A stretch of 64,000 nucleotides of DNA from contig OZ296648.1 of NCBI GenBank assembly GCA_965655095.1, forward strand, positions 195,672,001 to 195,736,000. Direction: 5' to 3'. Positions within the stretch are counted from its first letter, which is position 1, and each line of letters starts with the position of its first letter. Positions 23,801 through 35,085 of the stretch are shown here, one piece after another. The DNA is from Haplodiscus bocki (taxonomy: Eukaryota). Both the position numbers and the translations under genes were made by a program. The notes beneath the pieces were generated by a model. The model did not search any database, had not been told where the DNA came from, and saw nothing but the letters and a program-made list of their open reading frames with translations.

Positions 23801-24517
23801 TCTGTTGGAAGTAATAGTTCTTCTGGAACATCTCATTTAGTGGAATTCGATCTTTCGTTCGATACTAATTCGTACTCAAACTTCCACATTGACTCGTCCC
23901 AAAATACTCCTCGAAATGCGGTTGATTGGGAATCTGATGTTCTGAAAAATTCTAACCTGATGTATGCTCCCGGAACTGAAGTTGGATCGCCCTATAAGAA
24001 TATAGGAAACTGTCAACAACATTTCGGGACCTCGCAAAAAAATGGAGTTCCCCATGGTTTTTACCACATGAAATACTTACCTTCGACTAGTACCAGTACA
24101 ACTGGATATTTGACCAATAACCAAACTTCGAATGCTGACAAGGTCAATTTGAAGGCCGATATCTACGATAACGCGTTCACCGGAGCTCCCAGGTTTTCCA
24201 ATATCAGTTCAAACTCGAGCAACTCCGCCGACTCAGTGAAAGCAACCTCAGAAAGAGAAAATACGACAGAATCTCCTACTAATGTTACTGTACCCACAGC
24301 TTGTGCTAACACGACACACCATCAAACGATGGGCAATCTCGTTTATTCGAGATCGGTTCCGCCTTTGGATTTCAGCTCTTTGTCTAACAGTTCATCAGCG
24401 CTTCCCTCGGCTAGAAGCGAATCCAAGTTTCAGGAAGGGATTAAAATGCTGGATGCAGATATACAAAAGTTGCAAAATAGTATTCAACAGTTATTCGCGG
24501 TTGGGCAGCGAGATTGA
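20885..24517 (+). CDS. CCDC14: Coiled-coil domain-containing protein 14-like (centriolar satellite protein), single coding exon, 1210 aa
   Basis: Uninterrupted 3.6-kb ORF with a central coiled coil (~aa 480-715). N-terminal VLKSGQ and LDKCAVLLANIL resemble vertebrate CCDC14 VLSSGR and LDGCASLLRDIL. C-terminal ESKFQEGIKMLDADIQKLQNSI resembles [22 protein letters not shown]. Vertebrate motifs are recalled, not searched. Confidence 0.7.
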   Translation: MNSRCSSLKSKEKLKKTKNAKSKNPSSVLKSGQSLALKPNKNEEHEGTFSAEYSAEKATSSLDKCAVLLANILGDDVSDKIMSISFGKDDCCSSSSKEETGKKISNMAAPPRVVEKGNHTSESVLRVSKLEERLKRSGCFGNSSLSNMNSQSSVVVPTALNNAATEEAFTAPAIGCATYSLSSSSFSSKLKSIFEDGVPGAAGDIKASNHSVSEHEMSTMSQVLLTPKVSDWMKPGMHNANDLTSKAPLQVSYETVLRSESLATSTPRHNRSLDLENEDMNEPTTANSQTISKETQDGRNEDVLTRELELPSAANPSEILDGNQKDSYPFSSNHDPDDDRWTILLLNTLNHDKSLTLEQKLSLIATAGQVSMMNSADKSDISAGEKKLATTEKSKVDVNKVLMETLSKLSAETSSASRKNQIPQFPSKDEVFSKSNLYDSNVLRHRKLSAINEHLSVVNDVFSDLKQIAGRKADPTLNEAIEELENAISVMPGMIDKKIFDNELKFTVEPLQEKVILVEGELAETRARLEAMEKLHKESMENRQKEVSSLKDSFNQQLAAEKLNCNKLKSAKFSLEKDNEKLENEVKTVHDQLKCQQMKLEKCSTGFTEEIKEIRVEITAALNEVQKQKAKLGVAERQNEELNWSVEAKTEEVRTLEELAKKQHENINDLVKELSILRSSLQQQKMLSDTLALEVNSLKSERNKFAVEAAKIRQSFDFAGLPNVSIARTNFGQYPIPVPYLSNAGSRNLSSISRKPNVSDRVNFQPNTNQISGSYFGDEENGSQPSNHLNGFYSQMVVQRMPKIVQNEGKSSSRLSKEPRIPPNDSDFTTKNDECSVNNLGQHLDSFLPHTSTEHIVAHAANINFNSHPFPKELESPNKQSLDSQNGGNFFQASSDANNLKIGNSPKKLEGVSNAANEEQVSAVNDHADDYVPRDGDWVPESVGNLSTQPNKEIVASTSSAVIQQELPASGRSVGSNSSSGTSHLVEFDLSFDTNSYSNFHIDSSQNTPRNAVDWESDVLKNSNLMYAPGTEVGSPYKNIGNCQQHFGTSQKNGVPHGFYHMKYLPSTSTSTTGYLTNNQTSNADKVNLKADIYDNAFTGAPRFSNISSNSSNSADSVKATSERENTTESPTNVTVPTACANTTHHQTMGNLVYSRSVPPLDFSSLSNSSSALPSARSESKFQEGIKMLDADIQKLQNSIQQLFAVGQRD

Positions 24518-27500
24518 TGATGGGGCCAAATGATCTTGCCCAAATCCTTAAGTGTTAGCAACTGATCTTATTTATTTTTAACTATCTGAATTATTTTTTA
24601 CTGCGTTTTTGGTTCTGAAACGAAAATTAGTTCACGTTGAAGTTAAAGCAACTAGAACAATACGGAGAGGCAGGACTTACCATAATAGCAAATCTAATGG
24701 ATTTGCCAGGGGAAGTATCACTTTTTGCGGAAAAATTTAATGAGCAGAGGCATTACAAAGCTGATTTTAATTAAGTGACTTGAGAAAAATTGGCGTTTTT
24801 GAAGCTCAATATCTCGAAGTGTAAAAGGTTTAGAAAAATGTCGCAAGAACAAAAAAGTTCTTGAAATTTTCATAGAATCACAAAGGTTTTCATTTGATGA
24901 AAATCTGATCACTAGTCATAATTAATAGTGCAAAGTTTGAAACCCTCAATTTTTGGACATTTTCAACCACTTTCGGCTCCGAGCGAAAGTGAGAATGCTC
25001 TATTGCTCCGCTTCCGAAGTTAAAAGTTTTTTCTCTTTTTGCCCATAACTTCTCAGTGAAACATCCGATCTGGACGGTTTTTCATTTTTTCTAGAGCTTT
25101 GGAATGGTCAAAGAAATTTTATTGCGCCCAAACAAAAAACTGTCAGCGATTTCTACCACTTGAAGTCAGGTTTATAAGTTATAAACTTCCAAGGAACGCT
25201 TAATCGTTGTTTGTTCGTCGTAATTGTCCGGCAGTCATAGAAGTAGCAGGTGGCCGGAAATTTCTTAGTTTTTGGATGTGGGGGTAATCACAAAATTTTC
25301 AAAATTTCTATTTCACCGATCTGTTGCAAAGTTTTTCTAAAAGTCAATTTACGTTGTATACGTGAGAACAAAGCGTTTTCCTGCCGAGGTAACTGCAATC
25401 AAACAATCATATACTTCCTTTGGATAGCTGTTGTTTCTCATTTCTGTGGTATTTTCCTTCCTTGATGTGGCTGGGGAGTACCACAAATTTACAGCCAAAC
25501 TCAAATTTCAACTTTTAACTCATTTCGTTACGACAATGGTTTTTCTACTAAATAATCATAAACTACTTAGAGTTCGTGTTTCTTGGAAGCTGTTTTTTGG
25601 CTTTTGTGCCGCGGCGTCGCGCGCATATGTGAAGGGGTTATGACAGAATTCAGAAAAAAAATTAATACTTTAATTTTTGGTTTTTCATACCTTATTTTTA
25701 AACTTTGATGCCTCGTTTGTTTTTTCTTGTTGCTGGCATGTCATCAACAGAAATTCTAGTTTTTCGCTCAATTTTGTTCCGCGCCGGATGTTTCAACCCG
25801 AAAGAATCGTTTTTCACGGATTTGGACTGAATGAAGTCGATTTCTAAGTTATTGATTGTTCGCTTTATTCAAACACACCAGCAACTGAATATGACACGTA
25901 ATGTTGCGTCAGTCTGCTCTAATTTTCACGTTGTATAGTGGAGTGTATGATGGATTTTGCGAGACTCGACAGTTTTCCGAATCAGCAAAGGATCGAAAAA
26001 ATTTTAAACAAATTGTTTTGCATGTCACTAATTGGCTCTCAGCTGTAGAATCGAAACGCGTCATAATCAGCCAATGTTCAAATAAATTCAGGGAATACTT
26101 TTGATAATTTTTTAAGGAAGAAAGTGCATCATGGGGAACATCACAGCAACCTTATATTTTCGTCTTACGAGGAGAGTTTCACCTGCAATTTTATTTTTTA
26201 TTACAATTTGTCATGACCAGTTTTTCAAGCCGAAATCGGTGCCTGGGCTCAATTTTCCTCCGTAGTTGTTTCAATCAACCTTTGTTCCTAAGTGCTCATA
26301 GAAAAACTGTTTCAAATGGATCAAATGATGGTTCAGTGAATATTTTAGGCGAGTTTTTTAAAAATGAATCGTTTTCCGTTGTCCGATTTATTGAACCTTT
26401 TCACCAAATTATTGCATTGTGGTTTTAGAACTTTGTTGTGCTTGTGTCTGAGCTGCTTGATCCATTGATATAGGTGTGGTTCAGTCGATTCTGGAAGCCC
26501 CTGTGCTAAGTAGTTTGTCGCCCATCTTTTTCACTTCTATTTCTTCAACTAATACATCTACTGTAAAACCCCTAAAGCCATGGTATTTCTCTTTTTCTTC
26601 CTTTCCAAAAAATTTTCCGTTTTAGAGAACTCACGGGTTTCAGGTGCGGAAAATGCGATTTAGTGTATCAAACCAAATCTTTGAAGCCTTGTTCTAAGGT
26701 AAATAATTATATCGAAAAAGGTGTCCCCTTTTGTAGGTGGTGAAATTTTTGAGATAAACCTGAAAAAGTGCCAAAATCAAGATAGTTATGGCCATAACTT
26801 TCTAAACGATTGGTTCAATTTCAAAAACAAATTTCATGAAAAATCTTCGAAACTTTTGCTCTTCGTTTTTTTTAAAGTTCGTACAATTTTCGTGCTTCGA
26901 GAAATTGGCCACCAAACATGGTGATTCTTTGCTCAGGAGTTCACGTGATTAAAATCAGTGCTGCAGTTTTGGTTCCAAATTTGGTCACACAGGCGTCGTG
27001 AAAAATGGACAGTTCATTTTCAGTTGCTAACAATATCATTTTCTAGGCCTTTTTTCAATGTGCCTTTCTGGAGTGATAAGCACCGTGGCCGAATGATGCG
27101 ACTTTCAAAAAGTGCCAGAGTTACCAAACAGATGTGCAATGAAATTGAACGTAGACCCGAAGTGAAGGAGTGTAAATTGTGTATAAAGTACATTGTATAT
27201 AGTAGCTGTTATATTTTACTTGTTGTTTTTTCTGTTGTAAAGTTGAATATGAAGTTGCTGCAGCTGTTTCATGGTTTCATGAACAAGCAAACAACCTCAT
27301 CTTCTGATAAACGGCTTAGATAGTTGTTGTCATCCTCTGATTGTGTTCTGATTTCATTGATCAATTAATTCAATCCAAGCAAAACAAAAACACTTTCTCC
27401 CACTTTTTTCAGGCATTAAGCGATAGTTAAGGCCTATTTTATTTTTTTATTCGCTCAGCTCAAACACGAAAGTCGCCCGAGTGAGTGAAAGGTAACGCGA

Positions 27501-27845
27501 GAGAGTTGAAGAAACATGAAGTATCGGTAACGAGTAGAGTAGTCTATGTGTTTACGCTTGCTTGAAGACCACCCGGAAGTGAATGTCGTCCATTTCGGAT
27601 AATTTTACTCGGCACGTGAACGGCTCTGTATACTTTCGTTCTTTTTCAAGTGAATGATAATTATCCACTCAAGTTATTCAACTCAGTTTCAATTGGATGC
27701 AAATAATCAATAATTCACTTCCTAGTAACTTCTAAGTCATTCAAATTGTCTCTGAAGGTTCTCACTTTTATTCGATGCTTCCTGATTTTTCAAAATTATC
27801 GGAGATTTTTGTGAAATTGCTTCAATTCCTGTTTTTGGCTTTGCT

Positions 27846-27889
27846 AATTCTTATCGATTAATGCCTAGTATCCTTGATGCCTATGTTTT
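27846..27889. repeat. Dispersed repeat end (copy 1 of 3; others at ~28676-28720 and ~34716-34758)
   Basis: Shared ~45-bp consensus AATTCTTAGCGCTTAATGCCTAGTATCCTTGATGCCTATGTTTT containing a small hairpin. Confidence 0.7.
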
Positions 27890-30350
27890 GAGCAGTCAAA
27901 TTGGAAGTATCAGGGATATTCAAATTTCAACTATGAATCGTTTATTATAGGTGATAATTTTCAATGACTGTTGAATAGAAAAATACTTAAATTCTTTTTG
28001 ATTCAAAAACTCAAATGAATGGAATTCTGATGTTTGAAAATCTTGTTACGACGGAGCAAAAATGTTTGCTCGGCATTTTCTCAGTTTTTGATTAAGGAAC
28101 GATTAAGAAATACTACTAGAAGCCGGCAAAAGTTCGGACGGCCGGAAACAAAGTGAACAGAAATAGCGTGGTTCGTGAAAACTTTCTGCTCTTTAAAAAC
28201 GGTTTGCCGTCAAATTCAGGTTAAGCATAGTTTAAACAGCCTTCGGTAGGCATTCAACCGATAGACTTTAGGCCCATAGGTTTTATTTTCGCAAATCGGT
28301 GGGACTGACGGGCTGGTCGCGGCTGAGTGACAGTGAATTATTTACTTTCACTAATTTTTTTACTTTCTTACCCAGGCTAGAATGAACGTCTCCGTTGACT
28401 CTTCGATTTCAACTACATATAGTAATTGATTCAAATATTTTATCAAATTTGTCAATTTTGTTGGCATCCTATTTTCCACTTGATCAAAATGGTGACTCTT
28501 CATCGCGTCGAGAAATTGTTGATCCCCAAATTGTCGAAAACTTCAAAACCATTCAGAGTGTCGATAGTTAGCCTGTATCCCCTTTGCATGCTCCGAAATT
28601 TTCGATGATTTGAATATTCGATGCCATGGGAATTTTTGCTAAATTTGCCTAATTCCATTTTTTTTCACTTTTCTAAATTCTTAGCGCTTAATGTCTAGTA
28701 TCCTTGATGCCTATGTTTTTAGACGGCCCTTTTACTTTAAAAAAACTGACTTGTGGTCACTTCGTTTTGTTAGCCGGCGCTTCATGAAATAAAAAGCCGA
28801 CACTTCTAGTCACTTTATTTTTTCAAGATCACAACGAATTGTTTACTTTTTCCCCTATTTTATTCCCTTGCATATTCTTTTGAAGCATGTTTTAAAGTAC
28901 AGTCTATAACAAAACAGGCAAGTATTCGCAAACACCAAACGGTCGCCAACAAAATTTTTCGGTTCTGTGAGTCAACAGGTGATACCTCTTTACGCTTAAA
29001 ATTTTTCGGTACCTGAAACTTTCAGGAACGCCAAAAGGGCTCGCACGTCATTTTTTCGGTACTGTGAGACAAAAACTTTTTGACTTCTTTTTTGTGATAC
29101 CTCCCTCTATAGTCTATCAATATTTTTTCGCCCGACAGATGGATGGCGCCGACTTTGGGCTGTTCTCAGCTTGTTAAATTTTAATCGAATTGTCCATTCT
29201 TCCATTGACATTCATTCCTGTCCTAACTAAGCTTGTGCTTCAGGAGGCTATCCTAAACGGTCAACTGTTGCGAGGAGATTTTTCTGGCCGCCGTTTCCAA
29301 TCAAACTCTTGCAGAAAAGTTAAGTTGACTTTGGATGATTGAACCTCTCGCCAATTGACTTTATATCCGCCGAGGCATTTACACCAATGCAATAACTAGG
29401 TTCTATTTGTACCCAAATTGATGGGATTAGTACTTGAATTATGAAGATGCCATTGGCACACCGGTATTCCCGGGCATTTATCTTTCTACCACCAATTAAC
29501 CATGAATCCAAATTCGTCACCAAGAATCCTATCCTTCCTAAATAAAATGGAGAATGAACCGTGTCTGGGTTTTTCAAAACTCTTAGAAATTTTCTGATGT
29601 CATTGCCGAAGCAACGATGTCAGCAGGTGAAAATAGCGAGCCAATAAAAAGCGAGAAAATAAAACTCAGTGATAGTGTTTCGGTTATGGCTTGATAATGG
29701 TCATGCCGAATGAAGAAAGCGAGTGAGTTCATCAAGTCGTTCGTCCGCTACATTCACCCATTCATGCAACGTTTATTCATTCAACGTGATATTACTGACT
29801 TCGAAGCTTAAACATGAACGAATCTTTACAATGTCTTGGACAGACTGAAAATTAAATCTGCCGAACTGGAGGAGCGGTTTGCTAGTACATGAAACAACAC
29901 CTCAATAGAAGACTAAAATAGTAGTCAGTCAAAATTGCAAAATCTGAAAAAAAATAAGGAACGTTTCTTAGAATTTCCTCTAGAAAGTTTGGAAGATGTC
30001 GGAACGAATGTTTCCCAAATTTTAGCCGTTTTCATTCGATGAAATTTAGACCCAAATTTATGAAAGTTTGAGATGCCCAGTTTTTAGCATTCTCGCCCTT
30101 TTCACCAACGAAAGTCCTTGATAAACTAATCTGAATTTCTGAAGTTCTTACAAAGCTTTTCTATAACTTTCGCTGGTTGATATTTCGTGCTACAAAATGC
30201 TAATTTTTAGCTTGGGAGTCCACTTCATTAAAATCACTAATGTATTGACCTTTTCGCTGTCGGTTGTTTCGAGTAATTTTCTGCAGGTTTACAGATTAAT
30301 GTAGCACGTCTGTCAACATCACGAACGGACACCAAATATTTCCGGCCGGA

Positions 30351-30620
30351 ATGGTGTTGAAGAGGTTACAACGTCTGTGGTCTGCGTACAACTTGCCGAT
30401 TGCCATGGGAGTATTGGTTGGGGGTATCCACATTGTGTGGATGGAGTTACAACTATCAGGGGTATTCGCCCCTGCACCCTTACCCGAAAGGGGACCCTCA
30501 GTGAATAAACAGGGGGCCACACAAGAAGAGGTTGATTACATTGAGAGACAGTTGGGTATATCCACTTATATATCAGCATCACAGGCCTTCAAGAGCAATG
30601 ACACGAGCCAAGAGAAGTAG
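30351..30620 (+). CDS. Small single-pass membrane protein (89 aa), unknown family
   Basis: ATG ORF, GC-richer than its flanks, with a basic amphipathic N-terminus, the hydrophobic segment LPIAMGVLVGGIHIVW, and a strong splice acceptor TTTTCTGCAG ending at 30286 upstream. Confidence 0.6.
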   Translation: MVLKRLQRLWSAYNLPIAMGVLVGGIHIVWMELQLSGVFAPAPLPERGPSVNKQGATQEEVDYIERQLGISTYISASQAFKSNDTSQEK

Positions 30621-31377
30621 AAAACTGTTCAAATGTGAACTTTCTTTTTCGTATTTTTAATCTAATTAGTTAATTGAAAAGTTATAAATTACAAATCTGT
30701 TTTTGATTCGTTTTCGTAAAAGCCTAATATTTGTTAGATTTTTTTCAAACCAAATCTGCCTACGTCTGGTTTTCGAATTTGTCATAGAACTGTCGTTTGG
30801 AACAGCTGTGAGTAGCCGGGAGATTAAAGAACACGCAGATTGTCCAAATCAGAAAATTTATGCAGCTTTTGGAAGCCGCTGTTGTATCTTCCTGTTGATT
30901 TACTGTTGTATCTTGATAGAGAAGAGAATATTTATTGTTTTCTGATGACCCAAACGATCATCTAAATTATATTTTAGAAAATCAAAAGTGATGTATAATC
31001 GACCCTTTCAAAAGTATTCTATGCAAAACACAGAGATAGAGATCTTTGCCCTAAAAAACATGTATAAACATTTTAGCAAAATATACTTTTCCGGAATTGC
31101 GCAATACTTTGTACACATTGTGACTGGAAGGAAGAATGTGTATTGGAAACCAGCTTATGCATAGTTTTTTATCCTGCCCGATACTTGCATTTTTGACGTC
31201 CCCAGACTGTCTAGTCATCCAGTGTAAACGGTCAAAAAGGTCACGTACTTGTTTATTTTCGCGTTCTAGAAGGTGCAGAATTTTTTACTATTGGTCTGAA
31301 AAATGAAGTGTTATAAAAGGTAATGTTTCACATGCTTTGAATCTGAGACAGTGTGGGCAGATCGATCATGTTCCTCC

Positions 31378-31531
31378 AAAAACGTTGCATGTTGAAATTT
31401 CGAGCTCCCAAAATGGTTAATATTATTAAACAAGACATCGGAGGTAAAAGAAACTTTGAAGTTGTTTCTACGTCTTGTTGAGTAATATTGGTCATTTTGA
31501 GAGCTCGAAATTTTTACATGTGACGTTTTTT
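31378..31531. repeat. Long imperfect inverted repeat (~58-bp arms, ~35-nt loop)
   Basis: AACGTTGCATGTTGAAATTTCGAGCTCCCAAAATGGTTAATATTATTAAACAAGAC pairs with GTCTTGTTGAGTAATATTGGTCATTTTGAGAGCTCGAAATTTTTACATGTGACGTT. Confidence 0.85.
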
Positions 31532-32087
31532 AGGACACCAAATTTTTGTTATTTTTCAGCATCGGTTTGAGCGTGCAAATCTTTTATGAACATTGTGCCG
31601 CAAAACGTAGAATTTAAAAGCATGTTTGACAGATCAAGATTTCGAGTATCAGACACTGTGACAAGTTCTTGTCTCATATCGATTTTTCTTGTCTCATTTC
31701 GAACAACTTTTTTTGATTGACATTTGGGGTAGTATTTCTGAAAGTGTCAATCATGTATCCGAGTAAGGTTCAAATGTCTCTCTGGACTTTTGATTTGTAA
31801 ATTTTATCATGTTCAATGAGTGGTTAAGAGGTCAATGAGTGGTTAAGTTCCGCTTCGCGTCTTTCCGTTTACTTATTCAATGATCTTCATTGTTATTTTC
31901 TCCACATATTTTGAAACATTAAGAGAAATTATTCAATGGGTGTGGTCGCTTCGTATAAGTTTTGCCAATTTATACATAATTGTTAATATATGTCGGCATT
32001 GGGATTGGGACAAACCTCTCTCACGTACTAGATCCGGGTTCGTATCTCTGCATTCATTTTTATATTTTTGTTGGAATTGATCAAACT

Positions 32088-32156
32088 TTCCCACTGCACT
32101 GTGGGTAGGACGACAGGGCTCTGAAGCACTCGGTACGGGTTCGAATCCAAGTCTTT
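32088..32156 (+). pseudogene. tRNA-like sequence (pseudo-tRNA or SINE head)
   Basis: Perfect B box GGTTCGAATCC at 32138-32148, weak A box TGCACTGTGG, anticodon-loop-like CTCTGAA. Acceptor and anticodon stems do not pair well. Confidence 0.45.
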
Positions 32157-33352
32157 ATCCACATTTTTTTACTATTTTCGGAACCGTTTTTCAATCGAAA
32201 CTTATTTTGCGGTGAAGTTTTTTCGTCCACAAATCTTTCCTAATGGAAAATACGCCAATCAGTGATGGAATTTCTCCAGAATTTGCCAATGTCGTGCAAA
32301 CTTGGTATTGCAGCTTTCTAGCGTCTTTTATATTACGTTTATGCGGTGTCACCACGGTTAGTTGGGATTTTTTGACAATTTAGTTTCTGTTCCTCAAAAT
32401 TCTCCCTGTTCGTCTCAAGTTTCAACAACTCAACCCTTTTGATACTGTCAAAAAACGGGGGAAAAGTCTGTAGCGATAAATATCGACTTCAAAAATTATA
32501 CCTTCAGTGTAAGAAAATGCTTTTCAATTGAAAACTTTCCACTGTTTTTCCTAGAAAATTCCTTTCAGTATCGGTATACTGTCTTCTTTCTTTTGGTCAA
32601 ACGTCATCGAAAGGAATTCAGAAAGTTTTTTTTATGGAATACGTCGTTTTGTAATGCCTATATACGGATGAGGCGGAAAAAAACTCGTAATCATTCTTCT
32701 CGTTAATCACAGTCATTTCTCTCCAAAATTACCGGATAGATTTCATCGAGGTCTCGATCGACAATTTTCTACCCGTAGGAGGTCGTTCAATAATAAAATA
32801 TCTTAATTGACCTACCTTGCATTGGAAACCTGAAGAGTACAACCGATTTTCCTCCAAATTCAACTTATTTCTCAACAACTACTGGCAGAATGTCACCGGT
32901 CGTCTCAATCGAAAATTTTCCATTTGTAGAAAGAAGGTCAGTCAATAACAAAATCTAGGGTTACGTTACTTGCACCGGAACCCCGGTGGACCAGAATTGC
33001 TAAAAAAAATGCGAAAAAAAAATTCTTTCAGAAACTCAAACCTGCGTTTCTCCAAAACTACCGGCTGCATTTTATCCATCAAGGTCTAACTAGACAGTTT
33101 TGAGAAGGTTATTCAGAAAAATATTGGTGATTTCGTACTTTGCTCTGGAGCCCTGATAAGTCGATAATGCCAAGGAATGTATAAAACAATGGTGGACATG
33201 ATATTTGAGGAAAGTCGTAGAAAACTGGATTCAAAACATTTCTCGTTAATTTTCTAAACATTAGCAAAAACTGGCCATGAAACATTGTAATGGGGCGAAA
33301 AATATGCCGGTGCTCGGAGGCCATTTTGTTCACTTTTTAGAGAGTGACATTT

Positions 33353-33514
33353 ATGAGGAGGGTATTGTCGATTCAGAGTCACGTGGTGTCTGGCTATGTG
33401 GGCAACAAGGCGGCCGTGTTTCCTCTGCAACTGCTTGGCTTCGACGTGGACTTTGTAAACTCTGTGCAGTTCTCCAACCACACAGGCTACCCCTCTTTAG
33501 CCGGAAGAGACCAG
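33353..33514 (+). CDS. PDXK: Pyridoxal kinase, coding exon 1
   Basis: [46 protein letters not shown]. Donor CAG|GTAGAG after 33514, phase 0 (54 codons). Confidence 0.93.
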
Positions 33515-33986
33515 GTAGAGGAGATGTATGTTGAATGGCATTGAAATGATCGGTTAATTTTGCGACTATTTTGGAAAATTTTGCTTTTAACATTTCAATT
33601 TCTCACGTCTTGAATATCGGAATTAGTTTTCTTGACGACTATTGGCACTTCGTAGTGAAAAGCAGACTTATTCATTTGGTGCCTGTCTATAGGCGTCAGG
33701 AAAGTGAAACATTTATTTTTAGGCATGAAGCCGAAAGACTTAACGCCTTTAGATTTTACTCTCTCTGAGCATCTTCTCGGCTTTTCTATAATCGATTCGC
33801 TAATTGCTAGCTGAGCTATAGTAAAACGGAATAATTTCATTCATCTATGTTTACTCTCCCGCTTTCCCCAGCTAGAGCGAACGTTACTAATTACTCTTCC
33901 TATTCGATTTCAAGTAGTGAATCAAGTACTAGTAATTTGATTAAAATATTCCAATTTTGTAATTTTAATTCGAATTTTCCGCTTTT

Positions 33987-34480
33987 TACACATTCTGGCA
34001 AAAGAAGAATGTGTATTGGAAGCCGGCTTATGAATTGTTTTTTGGCGAGCGGAGCGAAGCCTATTAGCACAAGGACACGTCAAAATGATTTCTTTTTTTC
34101 CCGTCCTTGACATCCCTCTGCGTTTCTTCAAATAAAATTTTCTCGGCACCTATTGGTCGGATTTATCCGATTTTTGTATGAACACTACGCCGGGTTCACG
34201 ATCTATCATATTCCATTTTTTTCGGCCGCCGAAATTTTTTTTCGATGAGTTATTAGTGATAAAAATTTCAGTTTTCGGATTTTTCAGAGGGCAAAGGGTA
34301 TATTTTTGAGTCCCGTCTTTACAGTAAGCTTGGAAATGCTAATATTTTTGCACTAATCGATTGAACACCATTCGGTTGAGCGGCGTGTTGTGGTAGTTTT
34401 TGCCAAATTTTTTTCCGGCCAGTTTTTGACAAAAAAAGCTGAAAATTTTTTCGAAACAGATTCGACATTGCCCACTGCGT
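33987..34480. mobile_element. MITE-like insertion in the PDXK intron; related end at ~31112
   Basis: TACACATT...GAAGAATGTGTATTGGAA(G/A)CC(G/A)GCTTATG is shared with 31112-31170. Weak inverted end TTGCCCACTGCG at ~34468-34479. Confidence 0.4.
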
Positions 34481-35085
34481 TTTTTAATTTTGACGCTCAT
34501 TTTTTACAAACGTGTTCGCAGGATCCATTTGCTTATTGCTTAGCTGCATTGACAAGGTTGTAATTTACCCGCACTTTGTGATTTCGCGTTATTCTTTTGT
34601 CTGCCGAGTATGTTGAAAAAATCAAGGATGGCAACTTGGAATTTTTGACCAAAAGTGAAAATCTGTTTGCAAGATTGTTGTGGAAAAGGCTTTGCCTCGA
34701 GGTTTGAATTGCATAACTTCTTAGCACTTCATGCCTAGCATCTTGATGCGTATTGTTTCCCTTCATACTTATTATATACTTATATTAGGATGTACTAATT
34801 ATTTTTGCGAGCTTGAAAAGCTGTTGGAAGGAAATGTAATCAGCATGCAACAATATTTTGCTTCGATTCTATATTTCTGCTTTTTTACATTGCCCTTAAC
34901 CTATCAGAATATAATTCGAAATAAATCAAGCTGTCTGAAAGTCGAAAACAGTAACTCTTTCATTTTTGAGCTCCTCTGAAAATTTTTGATAATGTACAGA
35001 AACAAAAAACTGAACGCAGTTCTAAATGACTTTTTCCCATTTTCTCAATCTACTGAAAAATGAATTGAAATCGAATCAATTCTAG

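Noticed and set aside
20875-24533. Antisense and alternative-frame ORFs within the 1210-aa gene (similarly within the LINE and PDXK)
   Set aside because: Shadow ORFs produced by the codon structure of the real coding frame.
25610-25641. piggyBac-like terminus (…GAAGGGGTTA)
   Set aside because: No matching opposite TIR or clean TTAA duplication was found, so the element cannot be delimited.
32088-32156. Functional tRNA-Gln(CTG)
   Set aside because: Acceptor and anticodon stems do not pair; only the B box is intact.
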